From the NCBI GenBank assembly GCA_044354435.1, contig JBIKZZ010000001.1, positions 1-45,183 of the forward strand: a DNA stretch of 45,183 bases, read 5' to 3'. Under the pieces are notes generated by a model. It had not been told where the DNA came from. It saw nothing but the letters and a program-made list of their open reading frames with translations, and searched no databases. A program made the position numbers and the translations under genes. The DNA comes from Rhodoferax sp. Its GTDB lineage: Bacteria > Pseudomonadota > Gammaproteobacteria > Burkholderiales > Burkholderiaceae_C. Shown here piece after piece: positions 31,114 through 41,979 of the stretch (within the stretch, counting starts at the first letter, position 1; each line of letters begins with the position of its first letter).

Positions 31114-32196
31114 TTAGCCCGCAGCCTGCAGCCCTTCAATGGCTTGTTGCCAGATCTGCATGGCCCGTTGAAACACGCCCTCACGCCAGGCTGGCGTGTC
31201 CACGAAAAATGCATCTCTCACCTGTTGCCGGATGACATCGCCTTGCGCAGAATTCGGCTGGCCCCGCTGGTACAACCAGTTATCAGCAAACAAGGCGTGG
31301 CGAACCAGTGCTTGGGCTTGCGTGCCCACTTCAAGGGCAATCGCCACGGCAAGCGCCTGAGGGCACAAAGCCTCAAACGCCATACGCACATTACCGCTGA
31401 CCACCACAGTAGCGGACTCACCCAGGGCAGGCGATGTCACATCAGCGCCCCACCACTGGCGGGCCAGTTCAAGCGACCTTGAACCCACAGGGTGCCGGCA
31501 AATCAACTCTGTGTGCCCTACTGGCCCCAGACCGGTGTGATGATCGAGCACCGCGATGACCTGCGCCGCCTGCAAATAACGGGAGGCCAAGACTTGGAGT
31601 TGCTGGTTTGACCAGCATGGCGCCTGACCTCCGTAAAAGACGCCATCCGGATGATGGTGCTGCCCGCCGCTGATCGCCTTGGATGCGGCCCGGAGCCCAA
31701 CGCGCTCTGCGTATGCCGCGAGCTGCGCCTTCAATTGCAACTGGCTGCCTTCCTCCCATTGCGGCGGCAGCAGCCATGGATGGACAGTGTCATAGTCCGG
31801 GTTGATCGGCAATGGGGCGGAGAAGTCTATGCAGTTTCGGTTGATGTCGATGTTGTCTTCGTTGACCCGTCTTAAATAGGAGAAGCCATAGGGGTTCAGC
31901 GCATGCACCAACAGAACGGCAGTGTCTGGGGGCAAAGCCTGACCAGCCCGCTGGTTCAGCCAGCCCACTTGGCAGCCACTGCCATACAGACCTTCAATGC
32001 CATGCGTGCCGGAAACGCTGACCAATACTTTGCGTGCGTCCCTTGGGCCCAACCACGCGAGATCTATGGCCAGCTCCTCGCCCTGGCGTCCCTGTTGAGG
32101 GTGAACCAATGTGTCCAACTGGGCGTTGGCATGAAGGGCAGTTTCCCGAAATGCCAGCCGGGCGGAGGGGTAGTCATGCGGGAAAGTTGGAGTCAT
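31114..32196 (-). CDS. DUF2817 / M14-like zinc carboxypeptidase-fold hydrolase
   Basis: SGTHGIEG (HxxE), HALNPYG, RRVNEDNIDINRN, LDHHTGLG, LEVGT. Confidence 0.82.
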   Translation of the reverse strand: MTPTFPHDYPSARLAFRETALHANAQLDTLVHPQQGRQGEELAIDLAWLGPRDARKVLVSVSGTHGIEGLYGSGCQVGWLNQRAGQALPPDTAVLLVHALNPYGFSYLRRVNEDNIDINRNCIDFSAPLPINPDYDTVHPWLLPPQWEEGSQLQLKAQLAAYAERVGLRAASKAISGGQHHHPDGVFYGGQAPCWSNQQLQVLASRYLQAAQVIAVLDHHTGLGPVGHTELICRHPVGSRSLELARQWWGADVTSPALGESATVVVSGNVRMAFEALCPQALAVAIALEVGTQAQALVRHALFADNWLYQRGQPNSAQGDVIRQQVRDAFFVDTPAWREGVFQRAMQIWQQAIEGLQAAG

Positions 32197-32296
32197 GGGC
32201 AGACCAATGTAGGGAAGATGGAGCAATTGAAAGACGCTCGGTGATTATCATGAGCTTGATGTGGTCGACGCCAGTCATGTTTGAGGGAATCATCGT

Positions 32297-32327
32297 CTGG
32301 CACCACGAAATACCAGCCGCTGGCACC
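32297..32327 (+). promoter_or_regulatory. Candidate TauR operator, CTGGCACC direct repeats 23 bp apart
   Basis: CTGGCACC at 32297 and 32320 in the DUF2817/SBP2 divergent region. Confidence 0.45.
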
Positions 32328-32396
32328 CTGATTTGCACCACATTCGACAAGCAATCGTGTACTCTTAAACTTTCATCGTTTCGGAGCCGTTCCACC

Positions 32397-33989
32397 ATGA
32401 CCGTCATCGACCGCCGTAGCTTGCTATCCACTGGCGCCGCCCTCACTGCCGGCAGCATTTTTGGTATCCCGTTCGACGTTGCGGCCCAGGCCGCCAAGGG
32501 GGGCGTGCTGGTGATCGGCAGCACACAGACGCCGCGCCACCTGAACTCGGCAGTGCAAAGTGGTATCGCCACCATGATGCCAGCGGCCCAGCTGTTTGCC
32601 TCGCCGATCCGCATGGACAAGAACTGGAAACCGCAGCCCTACCTGGCTGAGAGCTGGACGCTGTCGCCAGACAACCGCAGCGTTTCGCTGGTGTTGCGCA
32701 AGGATGCCGTGTTCCACGATGGCAAACCGATCACAGCTGAAGACGTCAAGTTCTCCATTGAAACCATTCGCGACAACCACCCATTCAAGACCATGTATGG
32801 CCCAGTCAATGCGGTCACGATCAGCGACACCCGCACAGCGGTAATTCGGCTATCCGAGCCGCACCCGGCCGTGCTGCTGGCGATGTCGACATCGCTCACG
32901 CCCATCATCCCCAAACATATTTTTGGCGATGGCACCGATGTCAAGATCCACCCGCGCAACGGCAACCCGGTGGGCTCTGGCCCGTTCAAGCTGGTAGAGC
33001 ACAAGCCGGGTGAGTACATCATCATGGAGCGCTTTGACCGCTTCTTTCTCAAGGACCAGCCCAAGCTCGATCGCGTCATCGTGCGCTTATTCAAAGACTC
33101 GAGCAGCCTGCTGCTGGCCTTTGAGCGCGGCGAGATCGACGTACATCAGTCAGTGACAGACCCGCGCGAGCTGGAGCGGGTGCGCAAGACACCGGGCGCA
33201 GTGGTAGTCAAGGGCGCTGCACCCGCCATCGGGCCGCTGATCTGGCTCGCCTTCAACACCAAGAGCCCCAAACTCGCCGACAAGCGTGTGCGCCAGGCCA
33301 TCAATTTTGCGGTAGACAAGCAGTACATTCTTAACACGATCCTGGGAGGTATCAACAGCCGCTCTACCGGCCCTCTGGCTTCTGGCAGCCCGTACTACAT
33401 CGGCGATGTGGAGAAGTACGAACTCGACCTGGCCAAGGCCGCCAAACTGTTTGATGATGCGGGCCTGAAAGCTGGAGCCAACGGGGTACGGCTGACGCTG
33501 GACCTTGATGCCATTCCGGGCAATGCAGACCAGAAGACGATTCAAGAGTACCTCAAGGTGTCGCTGGCCAAAGTCGGTGTAGAAGTCAACCTGCGGCAGT
33601 CGCCGGACTTCCCATCCTGGGCGCGGCGCGTGTCGTCGCTGCAGTTCGAGATGAGTCTGGATTCGGTCTGGAACTGGGGCGACCCGGTGATTGGCGTGCA
33701 CCGCACCTGGCTGAGTTCCAACATCAAGCCGGGCGTGATTTGGTCCAACACCCAGAGCTACACCAACCCTAAGGTGGACGAATGGTTAGCCGCTGCCGGG
33801 CAGGAGATGAACCTGGCCAAGCGCAAAGAGTTGTACAAGCAGGTGCAGAAGGCGGTGGTGGAAGATTGCCCAGTCGCTTTCCTGTACGAGCAGACCTTTT
33901 ACGAAGCCTACGCCGCCAAAGTCATCAACCCGCCAGGCGGCATCTGGGGGCAGACTGACGGCATCACGGCCACTGCGGTCAAGGCCTGA
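32397..33989 (+). CDS. ABC transporter substrate-binding protein, family 5, paralog 2, Tat signal (candidate N-acetyltaurine-binding)
   Basis: MTVIDRRSLL twin-arginine; same SBP5 motifs; colinear with paralog 1; first gene of the transporter-amidohydrolase operon. Confidence 0.88.
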   Translation: MTVIDRRSLLSTGAALTAGSIFGIPFDVAAQAAKGGVLVIGSTQTPRHLNSAVQSGIATMMPAAQLFASPIRMDKNWKPQPYLAESWTLSPDNRSVSLVLRKDAVFHDGKPITAEDVKFSIETIRDNHPFKTMYGPVNAVTISDTRTAVIRLSEPHPAVLLAMSTSLTPIIPKHIFGDGTDVKIHPRNGNPVGSGPFKLVEHKPGEYIIMERFDRFFLKDQPKLDRVIVRLFKDSSSLLLAFERGEIDVHQSVTDPRELERVRKTPGAVVVKGAAPAIGPLIWLAFNTKSPKLADKRVRQAINFAVDKQYILNTILGGINSRSTGPLASGSPYYIGDVEKYELDLAKAAKLFDDAGLKAGANGVRLTLDLDAIPGNADQKTIQEYLKVSLAKVGVEVNLRQSPDFPSWARRVSSLQFEMSLDSVWNWGDPVIGVHRTWLSSNIKPGVIWSNTQSYTNPKVDEWLAAAGQEMNLAKRKELYKQVQKAVVEDCPVAFLYEQTFYEAYAAKVINPPGGIWGQTDGITATAVKA

Positions 33990-34004
33990 GCCGCCTCAAC
34001 GCTA

Positions 34005-34982
34005 ATGCACATATTATTTGCGTTAATGCGCCGGCTGGCGTGGGCTGCCGGTTTGCTGGTGGCTGTGCTGGCCATTAACTTTATGCTGATCCATGCCGCC
34101 CCTGGCGACCCCGCCAGCGTGATCGCTGGGGAGATGGGCGGCGGTGACGAGGCAGTGATTGCCAGCATCAAAAAGGCCTATGGCCTGGACCAGCCGCTAC
34201 CGGTGCAGTTCGTCACCTACATTGGCAAGAGCCTGCGGGGGGACCTGGGCCAGTCTTACACCTACAGCCAGCCGGTTTCGGGCCTGATCCTGGACCGCAT
34301 CGGCCCGACCATCCTGCTGGTGCTCACTGCCCTTGTCTTTGCGATTGTGGTGGGCACCTTGCTGGGTGTCTTCGCCTCCCGACGGCCAGACAGCTTTGCC
34401 AGCAGTGCGGTCACCATACTGTCGCTGGTGGGCTATGCCATGCCCGTGTTCTGGACCGGCATCCTGCTGGTGATCCTCTTTGGCAAGGTATGGCCCATCA
34501 TGCCCATTGCCGGCATGCGCGATGTGCGCCAGTTCGGTGTGGGGGGCTGGAGTGCAGTGGTCGATGTGCTGCATCACCTGGTATTGCCGGCGCTGACCCT
34601 GACCATCATCTATCTGGCGCAATACAGCCGGCTCGCGCGAGCCAGCATGCTTGAAGTGCTGGGCTCGGACTACATTCGCACCGCGCGAGCCAAAGGCCTG
34701 AGCGAGTGGGTGGTCACCTTCAAACATGCCTTGCGCAATGCCCTGATGCCTGTGGTGACAATCGCCGGGCTCCAGTTCGGCCACCTGATCTCGGGCGCGG
34801 TGCTGGTGGAGACCGTGTTCAGCTGGCCCGGCCTGGGCACGCTGGCCCTGGGGGCCATTCATGGGCGCGACTATCCCACCCTGTTGGGCGTGCTGACGTT
34901 TTCTTCCATGTTGGTCATCGTCGCCAACCTTGTAACCGACCTGAGTTACCGCTGGATCGACCCAAGGCTGCGTGGCAAATGA
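34005..34982 (+). CDS. ABC transporter permease, DppB-like
   Basis: APGDPA, YGLDQPL, GDLGQS, DYIRTARAKGL, ETVFSWPGLG, RDYP. Confidence 0.92.
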   Translation: MHILFALMRRLAWAAGLLVAVLAINFMLIHAAPGDPASVIAGEMGGGDEAVIASIKKAYGLDQPLPVQFVTYIGKSLRGDLGQSYTYSQPVSGLILDRIGPTILLVLTALVFAIVVGTLLGVFASRRPDSFASSAVTILSLVGYAMPVFWTGILLVILFGKVWPIMPIAGMRDVRQFGVGGWSAVVDVLHHLVLPALTLTIIYLAQYSRLARASMLEVLGSDYIRTARAKGLSEWVVTFKHALRNALMPVVTIAGLQFGHLISGAVLVETVFSWPGLGTLALGAIHGRDYPTLLGVLTFSSMLVIVANLVTDLSYRWIDPRLRGK

Positions 34983-35851
34983 GCGCGACACCGTCTAACC
35001 TGCAGGTGCTGTCACCGCTACGGGAAGCCTGGCGCGTGTTCAGCCGCAACAAGGCTGCCATGCTGGGGCTGCTCCTGCTGGTCTGCATCAGCCTGGTGAT
35101 GCTGCTGGGGCCAGGCCTGTATGGCGTGAAGCCCTTCGAGATCATGGGCGCGCCTTTTACTGAGCCCTTCACAGACCGCAAGCTCTGGCTGGGTACCGAC
35201 TACCTGGGCCGCGACATCCTGGCAGGGATGTTGGTCGGCGGCCGTGCCACGGTGATGGTTGGGCTGGCTGCAGCCGTCATCACGGTGTCCATTGGCGTCA
35301 CCATCGGTTCTTTGGCGGGCTATTTCGGTGGTTGGGTCGACAGCCTGCTGTCGCGCCTGACCGAGCTGTTCCAGGTGCTGCCGGCACTGCTGTTCGCCAT
35401 GGTGTTGGTCACGCTGTTCCAACCATCGCTAGGCGTGGTGATTCTGGCCATCGGCATGGTCAGCTGGACGGGTACCGCGCGGCTGGCTCGGGCCGAATTC
35501 ATGCGCCTTCGTGGTTTGGAGTATGTGAGCGCGGCGCGGGCCATGGGGGCCAGCCACCTGCGCCTGATGCTGCGCGAGATATTGCCCAATGCGCTGCCGC
35601 CACTCATCGTGTCGGCAACGCTGATCATCGGTGTCGCCATCCTGTTTGAAGCTGGCTTGAGCTTCCTGGGCTTGTCAGACCCCAACGTCATGAGCTGGGG
35701 ACTGATGATCGGCTCCAACCGGCGCAATATCCTGGAGTGCTGGTGGGCGGTGAGTTTCCCCGGTGCCGCGATCTTTCTCACGGTGTTGTCAGTCAGCTTG
35801 GTGGGCGACGGCCTGAATGATGCACTCAACCCCAAGCTGCACCTGCGCTGA
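34979..35851 (+). CDS. ABC transporter permease, DppC-like
   Basis: [39 protein letters not shown]. Confidence 0.92.
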   Translation: MSATPSNLQVLSPLREAWRVFSRNKAAMLGLLLLVCISLVMLLGPGLYGVKPFEIMGAPFTEPFTDRKLWLGTDYLGRDILAGMLVGGRATVMVGLAAAVITVSIGVTIGSLAGYFGGWVDSLLSRLTELFQVLPALLFAMVLVTLFQPSLGVVILAIGMVSWTGTARLARAEFMRLRGLEYVSAARAMGASHLRLMLREILPNALPPLIVSATLIIGVAILFEAGLSFLGLSDPNVMSWGLMIGSNRRNILECWWAVSFPGAAIFLTVLSVSLVGDGLNDALNPKLHLR

Positions 35852-35870
35852 TGAATACGAAGCTGAATCC

Positions 35871-36877
<1,007 letters not shown>

Positions 36878-36881
<4 letters not shown>

Positions 36882-37900
36882 CCGACAACACACAGGCACT
36901 GTTGCGGGTGCGCGACCTCAAGGTGCATTTCCCGTTGGGCGGACGCATCTTTGGTAAAAAGTCAGTGGTGAAGGCCGTTGACGGCGTGAGCTTTGACATC
37001 CCCAGGGGCACCACCTTTGGCATCGTGGGCGAGAGCGGCTCGGGCAAAAGCACCACCGCGCTGGCCGTGATGCGACTGGTGAACATCACCTCGGGCAGCA
37101 TGCGCCTGGGCTCAGACGACATCGGCAGCCTGGAAGGCGAAGGCTTGCGCCGGGTACGCCGGCGCTTCCAGATGGTGTTCCAAGACCCATTTGCCTCGCT
37201 GAACCCGCGTAAACGCGCAGGTGATGCAATTTTGGAAGCGCTGGAGCTGATGGACGTGGGCGAACCGGCCGCACGGCCCGAACTGGCGCGCCACCTGTTC
37301 ATGCAAACCGGCTTGCGCCCGGAGCAACTGCAACTTTTTCCGCACCAGTTCTCGGGCGGCCAACGCCAACGCATCGTGCTGGCTCGGGCCCTGGCGGCCA
37401 AGCCTGAGCTGGTGGTATGCGACGAGCCGGTGTCGGCCCTCGATGTGGCCATCCAGGCCCAGATTCTGAACCTGATGCAACGCCTGCAGCGCGAGCTGGG
37501 CCTGACCTACCTGTTCATCTCGCACGATCTCGGCGTGATCCGCCACATGTGCGATGAGATCGGCGTGATGTACCTAGGCCAGATCGTGGAGCAGGCCGAC
37601 CGGCAATCGCTGTTTGAGCGGCCGCTGCACCCCTACACCCTGGCGCTGTGGTCCGCCGCACCGTCGTTCGACCCCGGCACCCGTAGCCGGCGTGACCGCA
37701 TCCGGCTGCAGGGTGACCCGCCCAGCCCGATCAACGTGCCGCCGGGCTGCCGCTTTGCCGGGCGCTGCCCGTTTGCGGAGGCGCGTTGCCACACTGAGCC
37801 TCCAGCCCTTCGCACCGTGTTGCCAGGCCACCAGGTGGCCTGCCACCGGGTGTCTGACGGTGGTGCCCCGCTCTACCCTGTGTCTGTCCGACCCGTCTGA
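36878..37900 (+). CDS. ABC transporter ATPase, DppF-like
   Basis: GESGSGKST, FSGGQRQR, CDEPVSALDV, GDPPSP..GCRF. Confidence 0.92.
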
Positions 37901-37905
37901 ACACC

Positions 37906-39543
37906 ATGCACACCACCATTTATTCTGCGCGCAAGATCATCACCATGAATGCGTCGCATCCGTCCGCCACCCACGTGGCGGTGCGCGACGGCCGCATTCT
38001 GGGTGTCGGGTCGATCGACGAACTCAAAGGTTGGGGGCCGCACCAGTTGGATGACCGCTTTACCGACAAGGTGCTGCTGCCCGGGCTGGTCGAAGCCCAC
38101 GCCCACCTGATGGCTGGCGCCTTGTGGCGCTACACCTATTGCGGCTATTTTGATCTGCGTGACCCTGATGGCCGCAATTGGCCGGGCGGCCGGACCCTGG
38201 AGGCGGTGATCGGCCAATTGAGCAACGCCAGCGCGCGGCAGCCCGACGGCCCCCTGTTGGGCTGGGGCTTTGACCCGATCTACTTTGGTACTCAACGGGT
38301 CAGCCGGCATGAGCTGGACCGTGTCAGCAGTGCCCGCCCCGTGGGCGTGCTGCACGCCAGCGGCCATATCCTGAACGTCAACAGCTTTGTGCTGGAGAAA
38401 GCCGGCCTGCTGCGGACTGGCGTCGAGCACCCCGGCATCCCACTGGGCGCCGATGGCCTGCCCACCGGCGAACTCAAAGGCCCGGAGGCCATGATGGCAG
38501 CCTCTGCAGTGGTGGGGCTGGACCGCTCTTTCCTGTCGGGCGACGAATTTGGCATCCGGGCATTCGGCAAGCTGGCGGTACGCGCCGGTGTCACGACGTC
38601 CACCGACCTGGCCGCCACCCTGCTTGAGCCTGAACTGGTCAGCCTGCTGAACATTACCGCAGAAGACACTTACCCGCTGCGGCTGGTGCCACTGCTGCGA
38701 CTGATCGGCATGACGCCGGCGCAGGCGGTGGAACGTGCCGTTGCCTTGAATGGCCGCAGTACCGAGCGGGTGCGCCTGGGCCGCATCAAGGTGGTGGCCG
38801 ATGGCTCGATCCAGGGCTTTTCGGCCCGCATGCGCTGGCCAGGTTACTTCAATGGCGCCCCCAACGGCTTGTGGTACACCGCACCGGAGACCATCCGCGA
38901 GTGCTACACCCTGGCGCTGCAAAACGGCGTGCAGGTGCACACCCACACCAATGGCGACGAGGCCACCGAGATGGCGCTGGACTGCCTGGCTGCAGCCTTG
39001 AAGGCCGCGCCCACGCGTGACCACCGCTTCAATTTGCAGCATTGCCAGCTGGCCGATGCCGCGCAGTTCCGGCGTATGAAGGCGCTGGACATGTGCGTCA
39101 ACCTGTTTGCCAACCACCATTTCTACTGGGGCGACCAGCACTACAGCACCACGGTCGGGCCAGAGCGGGCCGAGCGCATGAACGCCTGTGCCACCGCCCA
39201 ACGCAGCGGCGTGCCCTTCACCATCCACAGCGACGCGCCGGTCACGCCGCTGGGCCCGCTGTTCACCGCCTGGTGCGCCGTCAACCGCCTCACCGCCTCC
39301 GGTCGAGTGCTGGGCGCCCATGAACGCATCTCGGTGGCCGACGCGCTTCAAGCCATCACGCTGGGCGCGGCCTACACCCTCAAGCTCGACCATGAAATTG
39401 GCTCGATCGAATCCGGCAAGCGGGCTGACTTCTGTGTGCTCGACGACGACCCCACCGAGGTGCCACCCGAGCAGCTCAAGGACGTGCGGGTTTGGGGCAC
39501 GGTGCAGGGCGGCCGTGTGTTCGAGGCGCCACAGCCTGTGTGA
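37906..39543 (+). CDS. naaS: Amidohydrolase-3 (YtcJ-like); probable N-acetyltaurine amidohydrolase NaaS
   Basis: PGLVEAHAH, HASGH, KVVADGSIQG, HTNGD, QHCQ, HSDAPV, GSIESGKRADF; 545 aa; followed by a COG0523 gene as in naaST. Symbol rests on context. Confidence 0.7.
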   Translation: MHTTIYSARKIITMNASHPSATHVAVRDGRILGVGSIDELKGWGPHQLDDRFTDKVLLPGLVEAHAHLMAGALWRYTYCGYFDLRDPDGRNWPGGRTLEAVIGQLSNASARQPDGPLLGWGFDPIYFGTQRVSRHELDRVSSARPVGVLHASGHILNVNSFVLEKAGLLRTGVEHPGIPLGADGLPTGELKGPEAMMAASAVVGLDRSFLSGDEFGIRAFGKLAVRAGVTTSTDLAATLLEPELVSLLNITAEDTYPLRLVPLLRLIGMTPAQAVERAVALNGRSTERVRLGRIKVVADGSIQGFSARMRWPGYFNGAPNGLWYTAPETIRECYTLALQNGVQVHTHTNGDEATEMALDCLAAALKAAPTRDHRFNLQHCQLADAAQFRRMKALDMCVNLFANHHFYWGDQHYSTTVGPERAERMNACATAQRSGVPFTIHSDAPVTPLGPLFTAWCAVNRLTASGRVLGAHERISVADALQAITLGAAYTLKLDHEIGSIESGKRADFCVLDDDPTEVPPEQLKDVRVWGTVQGGRVFEAPQPV

Positions 39544-40511
39544 TATCCGGTGTGACACCCGGTGTGATTCCGACCCTGATCGTCGGCGGCTACCTGGGCG
39601 CCGGCAAGACCACCCTGGTGAACCACCTGCTGCGCAACGCCGGCGGCAGGCGCATCGCGGTGATGGTGAACGATTTTGGTGAACTCACCATCGACGCCGA
39701 TCTGATCGAGGGCGCCGAGGGCAGCGTACTGGCCCTGGCCGGCGGCTGCGTCTGCTGCAGCTTTGGCTCGGACCTGCTGGGTGCGTTGCAAGACGTGCTG
39801 CAGCGCAAACCGCCGCCCGACCTGATCCTGATTGAGACCAGCGGTGTGGCCCTGCCGGCAGCCGTAGCCCGCTCAGCCCGCCTGTTGCCAGGGCTGCGCA
39901 TCGAGGGTATTGTGCTCATGCTGGACGCAGAAACTGTGCGTCAGCGCAGCGCCGACCCCTACGTGGGCGACCTGGTGCGCCAGCAGTTGCTGGACGCCGA
40001 CCTTCTGATCCTGAACAAAACCGAACTCTGCAGCCCGACCCAGTTGACTGAGCTGAACGCCTGGCTGCCCACCATGACCACGCCTGGCACGCCGGTGGTG
40101 CGGGCCAACCAGGCCCGCGTGCCGCCAGAATTGGTGCTGGGTTTTCACGCCGACTCAAGCGCTGAGCTCGATGGCGCGACAGGCGAAGCACTGGCGCGCT
40201 GGGCAGCGCAGCCAATCGCCCAGCCCCTGGCACCCGCATCAGACCGGTTTTTCAATGAGCTGCTCGACCTAAGTGCGCCGCTGGACCTCCAGGCCCTGCT
40301 GCAAGGCCTGAGCGATCCCAGCGCCGGCGTCGTCCGTGCCAAAGGCTGGCTAACCGACCTGGCCGGCCAGCGCCACCTGCTGCAACAGGTCGGCCGCCGC
40401 ATTGAGCTGCTGCCGCTTGCACCCAACGCCGGACCGGCAGGCCCTGACCGGCTGCTGGTCATTGGTCTGGCTGGCATCTATCGCCGTGGCGATTTGCTAC
40501 AAAATAAATAG
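39540..40511 (+). CDS. naaT: COG0523/CobW family GTPase metallochaperone (NaaT-like)
   Basis: GYLGAGKTT, VNDFG, GCVCC, IETSGVA, ILNKT, RAKG; GTGA overlap with amidohydrolase stop. Confidence 0.75.
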   Translation: MISGVTPGVIPTLIVGGYLGAGKTTLVNHLLRNAGGRRIAVMVNDFGELTIDADLIEGAEGSVLALAGGCVCCSFGSDLLGALQDVLQRKPPPDLILIETSGVALPAAVARSARLLPGLRIEGIVLMLDAETVRQRSADPYVGDLVRQQLLDADLLILNKTELCSPTQLTELNAWLPTMTTPGTPVVRANQARVPPELVLGFHADSSAELDGATGEALARWAAQPIAQPLAPASDRFFNELLDLSAPLDLQALLQGLSDPSAGVVRAKGWLTDLAGQRHLLQQVGRRIELLPLAPNAGPAGPDRLLVIGLAGIYRRGDLLQNK

Positions 40512-40711
40512 CTACAACCTCAATAAGGACTTGGGCTAGAGGCCAATTTGATACATGGATTCCCGGTCGTAGCCGGGAATGACGACCCTCCGTCATCCTC
40601 GCGCAAGCGGGGATCCATGCCAGCCAGCCTGACCGCCGAAGCCTCAGGACACCGTCTGGTAATACAGGTTCTGCGGGTGCTTGGCCTGGGCGAAGAACAG
40701 CCAGCGATCGG
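40450..40711 (+). repeat. Left copy of duplicated naaT-end / intergenic repeat / soeC-end junction (contains repeat copy A)
   Basis: Colinear with 43445-43748; includes palindromes GGATTCCCGGTCGTAGCCGGGAATGAC and GTCATCCTCGCGCAAGCGGGGATCC. Confidence 0.88.
40644..40711 (-). pseudogene. Duplicated 3' end of soeC
   Basis: Minus strand reads DRWLFFAQAKHPQNLYYQTVS*, against ERWLFFAQAKHPQNLYYQTVS* in intact soeC; two substitutions versus 43681-43748. Confidence 0.88.
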
Positions 40712-40766
40712 ATTGTCATCGGCACATGTTCCATCCGAAACGATGGTCAACACCTTGTGCTAGAAA

Positions 40767-41111
40767 TCAGCCCCGAGTTTCCAACAGACTGGCCAAGTCA
40801 ACTTTCAAGCCTTCCAAGTCCTCCGTGGCAGTCAGGTAAACAATTTCATCGTCCACCGAGTCATAGCCGTGAATGATGCGATTACGCAGGTCAATCGCCA
40901 GCTTCAAATTGGACACAGCTTTGATCAAGCCGGGCTCAAGTTTGGCCAACTGGGCGCATGCTTCACCCAAAATTTCCAACTGACGCTCGACCGCTGACCG
41001 GCGCATTTTGTCTGCGAGATACACATCCAATGTGATGCCGGCGACAAATTCCTGGGCCGAACCGATGGCGCCCAAGGCGTCAGCCAACAGCTTCGGCGTT
41101 TTGTCGGTCAT
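40767..41111 (-). CDS. HEPN-domain (DUF86, HepT-like) RNase toxin
   Basis: AVERQLEILGEA and RNRIIHGY (RX4HXY). Confidence 0.88.
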   Translation of the reverse strand: MTDKTPKLLADALGAIGSAQEFVAGITLDVYLADKMRRSAVERQLEILGEACAQLAKLEPGLIKAVSNLKLAIDLRNRIIHGYDSVDDEIVYLTATEDLEGLKVDLASLLETRG

Positions 41112-41409
41112 AAATCATGATGCGACTGCGATTAACAGCCTGCAAGAAATACGGATTGCGGATGTAGCGCGGGTTAACCAAATCCACGTGACGCCCGAGA
41201 ACCTTCTCCAGGTCATCGGCCAAGCCGATCCAACGCTTTACTCGCGACCCGGCAGCTTGGTGGTCAAGTTCCACCAAAAAATCGAAGTCACTGGAGTCGG
41301 GATTGAAGTCCGGCCCGGTTGCAGAGCCAAACAATTCGAGATAGGCAACGCCATGCCGTTCGCACAGCGCGGCAATCTCTCGCATGTATGGGGCCAACGT
41401 GGTGTGCAT
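41080..41409 (-). CDS. Minimal nucleotidyltransferase (MntA-like) antitoxin
   Basis: LFGSA...SDFDFLV (GSX10DXD), LGRHVDLV, NPYF; overlaps the HEPN start. ORF could start at 41427. Confidence 0.88.
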   Translation of the reverse strand: MHTTLAPYMREIAALCERHGVAYLELFGSATGPDFNPDSSDFDFLVELDHQAAGSRVKRWIGLADDLEKVLGRHVDLVNPRYIRNPYFLQAVNRSRIMIYDRQNAEAVG

Positions 41410-41501
41410 GAGCGGATTATTCAACATCTTCAGCCTAAGTGGCTCAAGTATTCAGTGCGCAGTTGGTGCCCATCGCCCGTCAGGTGTAGGTCGCGGAATG
41501 A

Positions 41502-41650
41502 ATTTGCTACAAAATAAATAGCTACAACCTCAATAAGGACTTGGGCTAGAGGCCAATTTGATACATGGATTCCCGGTCGTAGCCGGGAATGAAGGCGGTG
41601 GGTTGGAAATCACGACGCTGGGCCGGAAATGACGGCGGTGGGCGAATGCT
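41502..41650 (+). repeat. Composite repeat copy B with ~3 degenerate 20-bp units
   Basis: 41502-41592 is identical to 40492-40582 (91 bp). Confidence 0.92.
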
Positions 41651-41740
41651 TCGCCAAAAACACAGTGGTCAGCCTATACTGGCCGCGCGATGCGCGGATT
41701 TTTATTACTCTACGCATCACCCCACCCAAGTAGCAAGGCA

Positions 41741-41905
41741 ATGATCCGCTGCAATCTCTCCACCCTCATTGGGCGAGACAAGTTCCGCATCTCTGATGTC
41801 GTGCGAGAAACCGGGCTCAATAGCAGCACGATCTCTGCTGTTGCGCACGAAAAGCCAGCAGACGCAGGGAAACCAAGGCGTCCACCCCTGAAGCGCATCC
41901 GGTGA
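41741..41905 (+). pseudogene. Truncated XRE/Cro-family HTH regulator
   Basis: MIRCNLSTLIGRDKFRISDVVRETGLNSSTISAV looks like a Cro/C1 HTH, but the expected C-terminal helices are replaced by unrelated sequence. Confidence 0.6.
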
Positions 41906-41979
41906 ACGCACCTCACACGCGGCTGCTTCAAGTCTCTTCGTTGACTAACACTGGCACTGGCCGCTTAGGAATAAACAGG

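Noticed and set aside
32321-32337. Sigma-54-like TGGCAC...TTGCA
   Set aside because: GG-to-GC spacing is 11 nt rather than the required 10; better explained as a direct-repeat box.
39539-39572. 12-bp periodic TGTGA...CCGG repeats at the naaS/naaT junction
   Set aside because: Three short degenerate units; mainly blurs the start codon, no evidence of function.
41430-41500. Minus-strand tail FRDLHLTGDGHQLRTEYLSHLG* abutting repeat B, possibly a truncated gene end
   Set aside because: No recognisable family; cannot be supported without a search.
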